The notes beneath the pieces were generated by a model that made no database searches, was not told the DNA's origin, and worked only from the letters and a program-made list of their open reading frames with translations. From a bacterium (GTDB lineage Bacteria > Electryoneota > RPQS01), in contig JADKHW010000025.1 in assembly GCA_016721565.1 (NCBI GenBank), forward strand, positions 1,416-65,415: a stretch of 64,000 nucleotides of DNA, written 5' to 3'. Made by a program: the position numbers and the translations under genes. Of the stretch, positions 17,440-26,953 are shown piece by piece (the stretch's first letter is position 1; the number at the start of each line of letters is the position of its first letter).

Positions 17440-19209
17440 CTATTTCATCAGCACGAGTTTTTGCGTGGCGGTCAATGCGCCAGCTTCAATCTTGCCAAAG
17501 TACAGCCCGGAGGCCAATGCGGAAGCATTCCACTCGAACTTATGCGATCCGACTTGCATCATGCCGAGGTTGATGAATGCAACTTCTTCTCCAATAACAT
17601 TGAACACGCGGAAGCGCACGTTGCTTGCTTGGGCAAGATCAAACGAAATGCTCGTGCTCGGGTTGAAGGGGTTTGGGTAGGCGGGGTGAAGGGCGAATTC
17701 GGAAACGGATGCAGGCGGAGTCGGGTCTGCCGCAGTAGTTCCCAATTCCACAATTATCTTGTGATAGACATTGCTTGGGACAACATTGTCCAATTCCGGA
17801 TTGCTGATCGGCGTCAGAACGTCCCCGTTTTCAAAGTAGATGTACAGGTCGTAAGCTTGATCAGGCGGCAACGTGAAGTAGTTGTTCATGCCGCTCGTTG
17901 CGACAGCAGCTTGCGACAAGACGCCAGCACGCAAAACGGTTTCTTGTCCGTGAGGATAGACTTCGACTCTGCGGTGCCAACCTTCTTCTTCCCCATTAGT
18001 CCCAATAACTTGCACTTCAAGTCTGCCGAGACCATCTGTCATGTTTTTGTACAACAGCGGGGGAGTGTTATCCTGAAGAATTATCAAATCAAGATCGCCG
18101 TCTGAATCGAAATCAGAGAAACGCGGAAATCCATCGAGCATTGAGTTGAGTCCCCAACTTGGACCCGTGTTAGTAAACCACACCTGCAGTCCGACAACAC
18201 TGTCGCAACGCAAGAACTGATTTTCACCCAAATTGTAACCGGTTCCGCCGGGCGAACAGGCCATGATGTCAAAATCACCGTCCATATCCACATCACCGGC
18301 AGCATAGCGCACGCCGTACGGATAACCCATATCCTCAAAATCAGCGTTGGCTCCGTGAACGTTGGCTTGAATAAAGAAGACACCGCTTTGGTTTAACCAG
18401 ACGTCATGGCGACCTTCGCCTGCTGTGACTAGGTCAGGATACTTGTCATTATTCATATCGACAAAAATGCCGCCGCAATTAGCCGCACTGCCGATTAAGC
18501 CGGTTGCTTCGGAGACATCTTCAAAATGTCCGTCGCCGTTGTTGCGGTACATGTAATCGCGGCCATGCAGGCGCGTCATGTACATATCCATGTCGCCGTC
18601 AAGATCATAGTCGGCAATGGAAAACGTGGCGTTGTCGTGAGTGTTTGGAAGCGTTGACCCGGCTGTCACGTCAACAAAAGCTTCGCCGTTGACGTTGCGG
18701 TAGAGTTTCCAATAGTTCTCGAATTCAATCAGCATATCCACATAGCCATCTGCGTCGAAATCCATCCAAGTGAAGTCGCGTGTTCGATTATCCACTTCGA
18801 TCCCAAGCTCGGCGGCGCGATCAACAAAGTGGCCGTTCTCGTTCACCATCAGCATCAAATCTGTGCTAAACCCTACCATGAAGATATCAAGATCTCCATC
18901 CCGATCAAAGTCGGCGGGCTGGGCATTTTGGATGTCTGATGTCGTTGGAAGGCCAACATTGGGGCGCGCCTGGAACTCGCCGCCATTGTTGATGTACAGG
19001 GTTACGGCACCGCCAAACCGGCTGGAACGGAGCAAGTCCAGATCATCATCCCCATCATAATCGAACCAACAGGGGACGCCTGCCTCCCCTTGTCCTGTCA
19101 GGCCGACCTGAGCGGCAACCTCGACAAACGGGTTCTGTGCGAAGCTTGGCACGGAAAGTATGACCAAGTTGAGAAGCGCAAACGTTGAGAAAACAAGAGT
19201 TCTACGCAT
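17440..19209 (-). CDS. Secreted FG-GAP/VCBS (CRTAC1/ASPIC-like) repeat protein with T9SS C-terminal domain (start moved to MRRTLVF).
   Basis: Repeated DxDxDGDxD Ca-binding FG-GAP motifs (DFDADGYVDM, DYDLDGDMDMY, DVDMDGDFDIM, DFDSDGDLDLII). CTD HPAYPNPFNPSTSISF ... KLVLMK. Confidence 0.75.
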   Translation of the reverse strand: MRRTLVFSTFALLNLVILSVPSFAQNPFVEVAAQVGLTGQGEAGVPCWFDYDGDDDLDLLRSSRFGGAVTLYINNGGEFQARPNVGLPTTSDIQNAQPADFDRDGDLDIFMVGFSTDLMLMVNENGHFVDRAAELGIEVDNRTRDFTWMDFDADGYVDMLIEFENYWKLYRNVNGEAFVDVTAGSTLPNTHDNATFSIADYDLDGDMDMYMTRLHGRDYMYRNNGDGHFEDVSEATGLIGSAANCGGIFVDMNNDKYPDLVTAGEGRHDVWLNQSGVFFIQANVHGANADFEDMGYPYGVRYAAGDVDMDGDFDIMACSPGGTGYNLGENQFLRCDSVVGLQVWFTNTGPSWGLNSMLDGFPRFSDFDSDGDLDLIILQDNTPPLLYKNMTDGLGRLEVQVIGTNGEEEGWHRRVEVYPHGQETVLRAGVLSQAAVATSGMNNYFTLPPDQAYDLYIYFENGDVLTPISNPELDNVVPSNVYHKIIVELGTTAADPTPPASVSEFALHPAYPNPFNPSTSISFDLAQASNVRFRVFNVIGEEVAFINLGMMQVGSHKFEWNASALASGLYFGKIEAGALTATQKLVLMK

Positions 19210-19336
19210 TGGGATTTCCTCTCTGTTAGCTGTGGATGTTTTGCCCACCAAGATCCAATCTATCACTTATAACTTAGTGTTGGATTTGAGAAGATGCAAG
19301 AGATAAGCCACAGTCCCGTAAGAAATGTGACAAGAC

Positions 19337-20296
19337 TCACGCAGTGGACTCATCCGGCCCAATATCCCCCTGCATGCTAGCCATGGCACGGAGGCGGGTG
19401 ATACGGTCCTGGGTGGGGGGATGGGTGGAGAAGATGAGGCTCTTTTGCATCTCGTCGTTGCGGAGGGGATTGACGATGAAGAGATGGACCGTGGCACGAT
19501 TGATCCACGGGAGAGGATTTACTTGCATGGATTGCTCGATCTTAGCGAGTGCGCTTGCAAGCCCGATGGGATTGCGTGTCAGGCGAGCGGAGGTTGCATC
19601 GGCGAGGTACTCGCGTTTTCTTGATATCGATGCCTGCATAACGAGCGCGGCAATCGGAGCAAGAATCGAGAGTACAATTCCGATGACAAGAATGATTCCT
19701 TTTGAACTGTCTTTGCTGGAAGCGCGGCCGGTTCTGCCGCTACCGTACCAGAGTGTTCTGCGGTAGCCGTCGGCAATTAGTGCAATGGCTCCGACCATCG
19801 TGGAAACCAAGAGCATGTAACGAATATCAAGATTTGCAACGTGGCCCATCTCGTGTGCGATCACACCTTGCAGTTCGTCACGGTCGAGTTTTTCAATCAA
19901 ACCTCGCGTCACAGCGACAGCTGCATTGTCGGGACTCCAGCCTGTCGCAAACGCGTTGAGTGCAAACGAATCGATTACGTACACGCGCGGCATCGGAAGT
20001 CCGGCGGCAATGCGCATTTCGTCGACGACGTTGAACAGAACTTGATCGCTCTCCCATGTGGCTTCACGGGCACCTGTGAATCCGAGGATGATATCATCCC
20101 CGAGGAAATAGGTGATGAGCATCACGGCAACGGCGACGATGAATCCGACGGGCAAACCGAAGTCACCATAGTCGTATGTACGGCCAATGACCCAACAGAG
20201 CGCCATAAGCAAAAGCGGAAGCCCGATGAAGAGAATCACCGACTTCCGCTTGTTGGAGCGTATCTCTGCGGCAAAATCGCGGCGGTAATCACTCAC
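19337..20296 (-). CDS. htpX: M48-family zinc metalloprotease HtpX-like.
   Basis: HEMGHV zinc motif, four TM segments, EYLAD and STHPPTQDRI C-terminal motifs. Confidence 0.8.
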   Translation of the reverse strand: MSDYRRDFAAEIRSNKRKSVILFIGLPLLLMALCWVIGRTYDYGDFGLPVGFIVAVAVMLITYFLGDDIILGFTGAREATWESDQVLFNVVDEMRIAAGLPMPRVYVIDSFALNAFATGWSPDNAAVAVTRGLIEKLDRDELQGVIAHEMGHVANLDIRYMLLVSTMVGAIALIADGYRRTLWYGSGRTGRASSKDSSKGIILVIGIVLSILAPIAALVMQASISRKREYLADATSARLTRNPIGLASALAKIEQSMQVNPLPWINRATVHLFIVNPLRNDEMQKSLIFSTHPPTQDRITRLRAMASMQGDIGPDESTA

Positions 20297-20844
20297 CGCA
20301 AGTCAACCTTCACATTCTGCTTTTCTTCTTCAGGAACTTGGTAGTACTCTTCCTTTTTGAAACCGAGACCTGAGGCAAACAAATTTGCCGGAAAGAGTTC
20401 CTGCTTGGTGTTATAGGTCATCACGGTGTCGTTGTAATATTGCCGTGCAAAGGCGATCTTGTTTTCAGTCGAGGTCAGCTCTTCTTGCAGTTTCATCACG
20501 TTCTGATTGGCTTTCAGATCGGGGTAGTTTTCAAACACTGCAAAGAGTTGACGCAGTGCGCCGGTAACCTGATTTTCGGCGGAGGAGACTGCGGCTGGGC
20601 CTTGAGCGGACACGGCGGTGTTGCGTGCTTTGATGACCTTTTCGAGCGTCTCCTGCTCGTAGGACATGTAGTCCTTAACGACTTCGACCAAATTGGGGAT
20701 GAGGTCGTGACGGCGCTTCAACTGAACGTCAATCTGCGACCAAGCCCCTTTGACTTGGTTGCGAAGAGTAACGAGGCCGTTGTACATGCTCATAACCCAG
20801 AGCACGATAACGACCACGATGCCCAAGAAAATAAAGAATCCCAT
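20293..20844 (-). CDS. lemA: LemA-family protein.
   Basis: N-terminal TM helix, then GLVTLRNQVKGAWSQIDVQLKRRHDLIPNLVEVVK characteristic of LemA. 4-nt overlap with htpX. Confidence 0.85.
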   Translation of the reverse strand: MGFFIFLGIVVVIVLWVMSMYNGLVTLRNQVKGAWSQIDVQLKRRHDLIPNLVEVVKDYMSYEQETLEKVIKARNTAVSAQGPAAVSSAENQVTGALRQLFAVFENYPDLKANQNVMKLQEELTSTENKIAFARQYYNDTVMTYNTKQELFPANLFASGLGFKKEEYYQVPEEEKQNVKVDLR

Positions 20845-21122
20845 GCGGTTCTCCCTTGATTTGCAGCTTGGAAAGTTGGAATTTACGGGTCGTGGGGGTC
20901 AGATGCAAATAGACATGCAAGTTGAATTAGTAAGTTGAACTAAATTAGAGTCTTAATTTGCATTGACTTGGCATCTGAAGTGAATTTTGCTTTGTCTGTA
21001 ATGGCCCTTGACAATGTCGGGTTCAGTGCCTAACTTGGATACTGGACGGTGCGCTAACAAGGACGGCGCCACGGAACAACTATCTTCAGGAGGTTCGCCA
21101 TCATAAAAGCACCTTCCACTTT

Positions 21123-21152
21123 AACCGCAATAGCAATGCTTGCGGTTTTTTT
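21123..21152 (+). promoter_or_regulatory. Terminator-like hairpin plus T7 run at the 5' end of the Cys-rich gene. The annotated ATG lies in its loop. Possible attenuator or leader element.
   Basis: AACCGCAA-tagcaATGct-TTGCGGTT stem followed by TTTTTTT. SD-like CAGGAGG at 21087-21093 sits 40 nt upstream. Confidence 0.35.
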
Positions 21153-21615
21153 GTGTCAGGGATTCAGCTACTCTTTTGGGGCTTGTACGGAGTGCATATA
21201 TTTTCAGGATAAGACGTGCGCCAACGAGGATTGTGGTGCCACGCATAATGGAAATTGTTCGAGAACTGTATTCTCGCCTGTATGCACGGGGAACTACACA
21301 ATTACGACTCTGACGACATGTCCTGATGAAGGCGATTGTGACGCTTGTCAATCGTGTGCTAAACTATTTCAATTGGATGGCGCGAATGAATACAATGTAA
21401 CCAACGGAAATTGCCACACGACAGGATGCACAGGTGGAGATTGTTTTTATAATTGCAGCAATCCATTGCCGAACGTTTTTTTGGATGCGACGAAGACATA
21501 CGTGATGTACGTTTGCAAGGTGCCATGTCCGGGAGGACCGACCTGCGAAGACTGCGGCGAAGATTGTAAAGCATACGCGTGTCTTTCAATTGCGACAACA
21601 GGTTGCATGCCGTGA
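21136..21615 (+). CDS. Hypothetical Cys-rich (22 Cys of 159 aa) small protein, translationally coupled to the downstream beta-helix gene.
   Basis: ORF with weak signal-like N-terminus. Cys spacing CxxC, CxxCxxC, CxxxxC. Stop TGA overlaps the GTG start (GTGA) of the next gene. Confidence 0.4.
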   Translation: MLAVFLCQGFSYSFGACTECIYFQDKTCANEDCGATHNGNCSRTVFSPVCTGNYTITTLTTCPDEGDCDACQSCAKLFQLDGANEYNVTNGNCHTTGCTGGDCFYNCSNPLPNVFLDATKTYVMYVCKVPCPGGPTCEDCGEDCKAYACLSIATTGCMP

Positions 21616-22982
21616 GCGCACGCATTCAAATTCTAATCACAATTCTGATTGCGATTAGTCACACTTCGATCGTGCGGGGAATTGTTCGGGAAGTTCCTTC
21701 AGAATACTCAACAATTCAATCAGCGCTTGAGTCGTCTATTGGGGGGGATTCGGTACGCGTCGCACCGGGTGTGTATCACGAGTTTCTGACTTGTGAGACG
21801 AATGCATTGACGTTGATTGGATGGCATTCGGCGGATACCTTGGTCGACTTTAGAACGATATTGGACCCAATTCCGGCTAGTCTGGATACTCCGTCAACGG
21901 CAGTCTTTTCTGGGGACACAGTTGTAGTGAAGAACTTTGTTTTCTACAACCAGCCGGGAATACGGCAACCTGTCTGGGCAACGCGAGTCGGGGGGATTCG
22001 ACATGAAGGCAACTTTCTGAGAATTGTGAACTGCCAATTTGATTCTGTTTCGAAGGCTGTGGATGCAAGCCGAGAAATTAGTGCGATCAATTGTGATTTC
22101 AATGGTTGTTTGTGGCAATGCCTGTATGCATCATCCACAGGAGTTATTGAATCAGAAGAATGTAATTTTGATGGCTCAGGCCCGTGGCTGGTGTACGGGT
22201 CATCCGGTTCAACTTTTCAAAACTGCACATTTCGCCGCAGTGAAACGGGCGGAACTCATTTACTTCAGTTATACGGGCAAGATATACTGGTAAGTGGCTG
22301 CAGATTTGGGCCAAGTGGTCGGGGATTCTCGCTCTTGGTGGTCTCTCCTCAGGGGAATTGTAAAATTACCGATTGCATCTTTGAAGATATTTCAGGAACT
22401 CCCAACCTGATTGAAGCATATTTAAACTGCCCCGTGGATGCAGACACTCCTATCGTGATATCAAACAATGTTTTTCGCCACTATTGGGGAGAACAGAGCG
22501 GCGGCACAACAGCAATCGGACTTTCCTGTCAGACGCAAAACGCAGGCTATTTTGGCGTCGTTGAGGGCAATCTTTTTGAAAATGGAAATTCCATTGCTTC
22601 AAACATCCCGGGTGTCGCCATAGCAGGATCAGCAGATTTGACAGGAAACATCTTTGAAAACCTTCTGCCGACAACTAATCCTGATGTTTTCGCGCTTAAT
22701 ACTCCTCAAGACACCATCCGCGCACGCAGCAATCAATTTCTCGAGCCGGGGATTGCCGCGGCAGCTGAGAACGCATTTTTTGACGCTCGCGAGAATTGGT
22801 GGGGTGACAGCACGGGGCCGTATCATCCGAATTTGAATCCGGAGGGACTTGGGACTGAAGTGGGAAACGGTGTGATTTTTGAACCGTGGTTATTGCAGGA
22901 TCCTGATAGCGTGGATACGAACAGTGTTGCGGGAGCGCACATCGGGCTGATTCCTGAGTATACCCTGTCCGCCTATCCCTAA
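21612..22982 (+). CDS. Secreted right-handed parallel beta-helix (pectin-lyase-fold) protein. Its T9SS CTD continues out of frame downstream (see 22981..23212).
   Basis: Hydrophobic N-terminus RIQILITILIAISHTSIV. Periodic N/G/C-containing about 22-25-aa beta-helix rungs. Reading frame ends at LSAYP-stop exactly where a CTD NPFN motif is expected. Confidence 0.6.
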   Translation: MSARIQILITILIAISHTSIVRGIVREVPSEYSTIQSALESSIGGDSVRVAPGVYHEFLTCETNALTLIGWHSADTLVDFRTILDPIPASLDTPSTAVFSGDTVVVKNFVFYNQPGIRQPVWATRVGGIRHEGNFLRIVNCQFDSVSKAVDASREISAINCDFNGCLWQCLYASSTGVIESEECNFDGSGPWLVYGSSGSTFQNCTFRRSETGGTHLLQLYGQDILVSGCRFGPSGRGFSLLVVSPQGNCKITDCIFEDISGTPNLIEAYLNCPVDADTPIVISNNVFRHYWGEQSGGTTAIGLSCQTQNAGYFGVVEGNLFENGNSIASNIPGVAIAGSADLTGNIFENLLPTTNPDVFALNTPQDTIRARSNQFLEPGIAAAAENAFFDARENWWGDSTGPYHPNLNPEGLGTEVGNGVIFEPWLLQDPDSVDTNSVAGAHIGLIPEYTLSAYP

Positions 22983-23212
22983 TCCATTCAACGCGACGAC
23001 GTTATTGAGCATACAAGTTTCGAAGCCGGGGAATACGAAGTGCTATTGTTCGACGTGACGGGGCGGGAGGCGCGAGACTGTTCAAGGGAAACATTGTCAC
23101 AGCACATGAGCTTCAGATCGCAACTGAGAGTTTTGCGACGGGAGTCTATTTTGCCCAGTTGCATAACGGTAGTGGCGGACTTGCAGTCACGAAACTGCTA
23201 ATGCTAAAGTAA
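22981..23212 (+). pseudogene. T9SS C-terminal sorting domain of the beta-helix gene, split over three reading frames by three single-base indels (probable homopolymer errors, alternatively a decayed CTD).
   Basis: Frame +1: NPFNATT. Frame 0: IEHTSFEAGEYEVLLFDVTGREAR. Frame +1 again: LFKGNIVTAHELQIATESFATGVYFAQLHNGSGGLAVTKLLMLK-stop. Concatenated, these give a canonical CTD. Confidence 0.6.
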
Positions 23213-23233
23213 GCAGATGGGTCCAACAATAAC

Positions 23234-23268
23234 AAAAGCCCCGCGAGAAATTCGCGGGGCTTTTTTGT
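23234..23268. terminator. Bidirectional intrinsic terminator.
   Basis: AAAA-GCCCCGCGA-gaaat-TCGCGGGGC-TTTTTT. Confidence 0.7.
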
Positions 23269-23278
23269 TTTCAAATTT

Positions 23279-23599
23279 CTATCGCTTATTTTCGACTCGA
23301 ACGGTCGAAACCTTCGGGCGGGTCGCAACATTATGGACCGCGCGTGCCAGTCGATACACGATTACGAGGCACACTGCGATCAATACACCGGCCCCGAAAT
23401 TGAGACCGCTATAATCAATCCGCCAAGATACCATTGTCATCCAAAAGGCCATAAAAGCAAACATGAATAAAGAAAAATCTCTGTCTTTCTTTAGTTCATC
23501 GTAGCTCAATTTGGCCGCCAGTCGTCCTGAACTTTTCAAGACGACAAACGTTGCCACAAGCGCACCAATTGTTCCGACAATGAGTGGAACCCAATTCAT
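23279..23599 (-). CDS. Hypothetical small membrane protein (3 TM).
   Basis: ORF with three hydrophobic helices. No recognisable family. Confidence 0.4.
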   Translation of the reverse strand: MNWVPLIVGTIGALVATFVVLKSSGRLAAKLSYDELKKDRDFSLFMFAFMAFWMTMVSWRIDYSGLNFGAGVLIAVCLVIVYRLARAVHNVATRPKVSTVRVENKR

Positions 23600-23661
23600 A
23601 CTATCCTCCGAAATAACCTAACAGTATATAAATGACACGAAGTGTTCACCTGTTTGGCAAA

Positions 23662-24789
23662 CTACTTCTTCGTCAGTTTATCGGGGTTCATCGCGAGGAA
23701 GGCTTCGTGAACGAAGATACCGTCCTTGCGGATCAGGACGCCGTCGATCCAGATTTCGCCGCCGCCGTATTCGGGGCGCTGGATGCAGACCAAGTCCCAG
23801 TGAATCTGGCTGCGGTTGCCATTGTCGGCTTCAAATTCGTAGGCTTGACCGGGCGTAAAGTGGAACGATCCGGCGATCTTCTCGTCGAAGAGAATATCGT
23901 CCATCGGATTCAACACGTAGGGATGGAATCCGAGTGCGAACTCGCCGACGTAGCGAGCGCCTTCGTCAGTGTCAAAGATTTCGTTCAGACGCTTGTTGTC
24001 GTTGGCGGTCGCATTGACAATCTTGCCGTCTTTGAATTCGAGCACAACGTTTTCAAACGTGAAGCCGCGATAGGTGGACGGTGAATTGTAGCTGATCTTG
24101 CCGTTGACGGACGTGCGCACGGGAGCCGAGAAGATTTCCAGATCGGGGATATTAAACTCACCGCCGCAGGGCTTCCACGGAATGCTCTTAATTGAGAATT
24201 GCAGATCGGTGCCTGGGCCTTTGATGTGCACCTTGTCGGATTTTTCAAGGAACGCCTTCGCGGGCAGCATCGCTTCGTTGGCTTTCTTCCAATCGACGTC
24301 ACAGCAGACACGATAGAAGAATTCTTCAAAGGCTTCGTGGCTCATCTTAGCCATCTGCGCCATTTGCGGCGACGGGTACTTGAGAATCACCCAGCGGGTG
24401 TTTTCAACACGCTGTTTAAGGTGTACGGGCTTGAGCCAATGCTTCTCATAGAATGACATTTGGTCGCCCGGTACATCGGAAAGTTCTTTGGCATTGAAGA
24501 CGCCGCGCACGGCGATGTAGCACTGCATTTGCTTCATGCGGTAGAGTTCGCTGTCGGCGATAAATTTCATGCGTTCTTCGGTGCCGTTGCGCATGAGCGT
24601 CCGCATGACGGATTGGAACTTGCACTCAACGACGGGCAGCCCACCGGCATCGCACACTTCCTGCACGAGTATGGATATAAATTCGGCCGGGACGTCGCTG
24701 CATTCAATTAGGACGTGATCGCCGGGTTTAACCTTAGTAGAGTGTTTGACCAGGACTTCCGCGAGTTTCTTGTGACGAGGATCGAACAT
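23662..24789 (-). CDS. M29-family aminopeptidase (aminopeptidase T / PepS-like).
   Basis: 375 aa. Conserved blocks GTDLQFSI, KPCGGEFNIPDLEIFSAPV, GKI...NSPSTYRG, DEGARYVGEFALGFHP resemble the thermophilic metalloprotease M29 family. Confidence 0.65.
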   Translation of the reverse strand: MFDPRHKKLAEVLVKHSTKVKPGDHVLIECSDVPAEFISILVQEVCDAGGLPVVECKFQSVMRTLMRNGTEERMKFIADSELYRMKQMQCYIAVRGVFNAKELSDVPGDQMSFYEKHWLKPVHLKQRVENTRWVILKYPSPQMAQMAKMSHEAFEEFFYRVCCDVDWKKANEAMLPAKAFLEKSDKVHIKGPGTDLQFSIKSIPWKPCGGEFNIPDLEIFSAPVRTSVNGKISYNSPSTYRGFTFENVVLEFKDGKIVNATANDNKRLNEIFDTDEGARYVGEFALGFHPYVLNPMDDILFDEKIAGSFHFTPGQAYEFEADNGNRSQIHWDLVCIQRPEYGGGEIWIDGVLIRKDGIFVHEAFLAMNPDKLTKK

Positions 24790-25002
24790 GGTAGCCTTTC
24801 AGAGTTTCGTCTATTTTCCCCAGAGCATTTGTGAATAAGTTAACGAATTCGGCAGAGAGATTCAACCGCTGACAACCGTGGACTATGCGACCCTGTTACA
24901 TAGCGGCGAGGTGAGGAGGCATGAGTCGGTCAGTTTGCTTGCGAACTTCGGGAAAAAACCGTATCTTTCTGGGCTTTTTCCCTGAACAAAATCCCCAATA
25001 CT

Positions 25003-25839
25003 ATGCACTTAGAGAATACCGGCGGGCCGCTTGCGCATCCCGGGCACGAACTGAACCGCATTTGGTGGGACGAGGTCACGCCGGTGCATGCGGGGAGTGA
25101 ATTTTACGATATGGACGGTTTCCTCAAAGGAAAGACCGCACTTGACCGATTGGAGTTGGATTGGCTGGGAGATGTTGCAGGTAAGCGCGTGCTACATTTG
25201 CAATGTCATTTTGGCAAGTCCACGATTGATATTGCCCGGCGTGGTGCAGCACAAGTTGTAGGCGTGGATTTCTCGCCGGTTGCTATCAAAACTGCCCGTG
25301 ACTTGGCGGTGAAAACAGGTGTGGCGGACCGCGTTTCGTTTATCGAAAGTGACGTGCTAAAGCTTGATTCTGTTTTAAGCGAAAAATTTGACATTGTTTT
25401 CACGAGCTATGGTGTATTAACTTGGCTTTCGAATCTACACCGTTGGGCGGAAATTGTAGCCAAAATGCTTTCGTCGAATGGAAAGTTCGTGATCGTTGAA
25501 TGCCATCCGACGATGATGATGTTCGAGTGGAAAAACGGCAAGATTGAACACAAATTTGGCTATTTTCATTGCGAAGAGGGAATTGTCATACCGCCGATGC
25601 CGGATTATGCGGATCGAAATTACACTCCCGTAAACGAAACGCGCGAATGGCAGTGGAGTTTGGCAGATGTGTTTCGTGTGCTGACCAAAGCGGGTTTGCG
25701 CGTGACGCAGTTTGAAGAGTATCCGACTTGCTGTTTTGCACCCTTTCAAAATATGATTGAATGTGGTGATGATTTGTATAGGCTTCCCGACGGCGAACCA
25801 AGCATGCCGATGACGTTTGCGATGGAAGCACGGTTCTGA
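25003..25839 (+). CDS. Class I SAM-dependent methyltransferase.
   Basis: Motif I VLHLQCHFGKSTIDIARRG and post-I VGVDFS. Acidic-residue motif II SDVLKL. Rossmann-type layout. Confidence 0.75.
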   Translation: MHLENTGGPLAHPGHELNRIWWDEVTPVHAGSEFYDMDGFLKGKTALDRLELDWLGDVAGKRVLHLQCHFGKSTIDIARRGAAQVVGVDFSPVAIKTARDLAVKTGVADRVSFIESDVLKLDSVLSEKFDIVFTSYGVLTWLSNLHRWAEIVAKMLSSNGKFVIVECHPTMMMFEWKNGKIEHKFGYFHCEEGIVIPPMPDYADRNYTPVNETREWQWSLADVFRVLTKAGLRVTQFEEYPTCCFAPFQNMIECGDDLYRLPDGEPSMPMTFAMEARF

Positions 25840-26953
25840 TTTGCAGCCGCATCTGCTCATAGCTTTGCAAGGTGGCGGTGCGTACGGCTCTTATCAGGCG
25901 GGGATGCTTGAAGAGTATTTTGCGCAAAACGGTCAGCCGTATGACGGCGGTTACGGCGTATCGGTGGGAGCGCTGAACGTCGCGCAGTTGTTTGGAACGG
26001 CGAGCGGGACACATGATGCGAGTATTCAGGAGCAAGCTACCAATGCAAAACGGTTGGCAGAGCTTTGGCGCAGTGAGATTATGGGTGACGATTCTATCTA
26101 CAAACCGTATCGTTCCACAGGAATTGTGACCGAAGGCGCGCGGCGCATGTTGGGTAAGGGTATATTTGGAGATTTAGCTGTTGCTACGTTGCGTAAACAA
26201 GCGTCTGTTTATGACACGAAGCCGTTACGTGCACTGCTTGAAAGAAATCTCAAAGGTAAGAAGTGGCCGCGTGCTGTTGAAGTCGGGGCTGTGAATTTGG
26301 AGTTGGGACGGTTTTTCGAAATTCCGTTGGCAAATCCGACACACGGTTTAACAGGGATTGATGCGGTGATGGCTTCTTCGGCAATTCCGATTGTGTTTCC
26401 GCCGATTGAGGGTTTTGTGGATGGCGGAGTGACGGATGTGACGCCGCTGCGCTCTGTGTTTCAGCATTTTCGCGACGTGCGTGACGAGCGGGATGCGCGC
26501 AATCAGCCGCCGCTGCCGCAAGAGCTGCATGTCTATCGCGCGTCATCGTTTCCCAAGCCAAAGCAAGGGCCGTTTGATCGCGTGGTGAAGGTGCTTGAGC
26601 GAACTCTGGAGATATTTGTCGATAATACTGACCGCGAAGATTATGAACGCGCGGCCTTCATCAACGAACTCGCGGGCAAAATGCACAGCACGCAGTATTC
26701 GCCCGATCTGAAGGTGAAGGAAGAATTCATTTCGTGGCACAAGAAATATGCTGTGATTGACACCTACGTTATCGGCCCGTCGAAGAGTGAGATGGGCAAG
26801 TTTTCCGATTCGGCCCGCAGTTTTTCTCCCAAAGCCATCCGCGAAGGCTTGAGACTTGGACAGCAGCGCATGGCGGATTTTCTGAAGAACAAGGACGACT
26901 ATCTGTTGGAAGTCGTGCTGTTCAACGATGATGTGCCTGAATTGCCGAGGTAA
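25817..26953 (+). CDS. Patatin-like phospholipase.
   Basis: Oxyanion GGGAYGSYQAG, nucleophile elbow GVSVGA (GxSxG), catalytic DGG (VDGGVTDV). Overlaps the methyltransferase gene by 23 nt. Confidence 0.8.
   Translation: MRWKHGSDLQPHLLIALQGGGAYGSYQAGMLEEYFAQNGQPYDGGYGVSVGALNVAQLFGTASGTHDASIQEQATNAKRLAELWRSEIMGDDSIYKPYRSTGIVTEGARRMLGKGIFGDLAVATLRKQASVYDTKPLRALLERNLKGKKWPRAVEVGAVNLELGRFFEIPLANPTHGLTGIDAVMASSAIPIVFPPIEGFVDGGVTDVTPLRSVFQHFRDVRDERDARNQPPLPQELHVYRASSFPKPKQGPFDRVVKVLERTLEIFVDNTDREDYERAAFINELAGKMHSTQYSPDLKVKEEFISWHKKYAVIDTYVIGPSKSEMGKFSDSARSFSPKAIREGLRLGQQRMADFLKNKDDYLLEVVLFNDDVPELPR

Noticed and set aside
20845-21135. LemA/HtpX divergent region as a riboswitch.
   Set aside because: Only the single hairpin+T-run at 21123-21152 is clear. 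No multi-stem conserved architecture is recognisable by eye. Kept as an attenuator-like observation only.
25817-26953. Patatin-like phospholipase as part of a CBASS-type anti-phage system.
   Set aside because: No CD-NTase cyclase, E1/E2/JAB, HORMA/TRIP13 or other sensor genes nearby. Neighbour is an ordinary class I methyltransferase.
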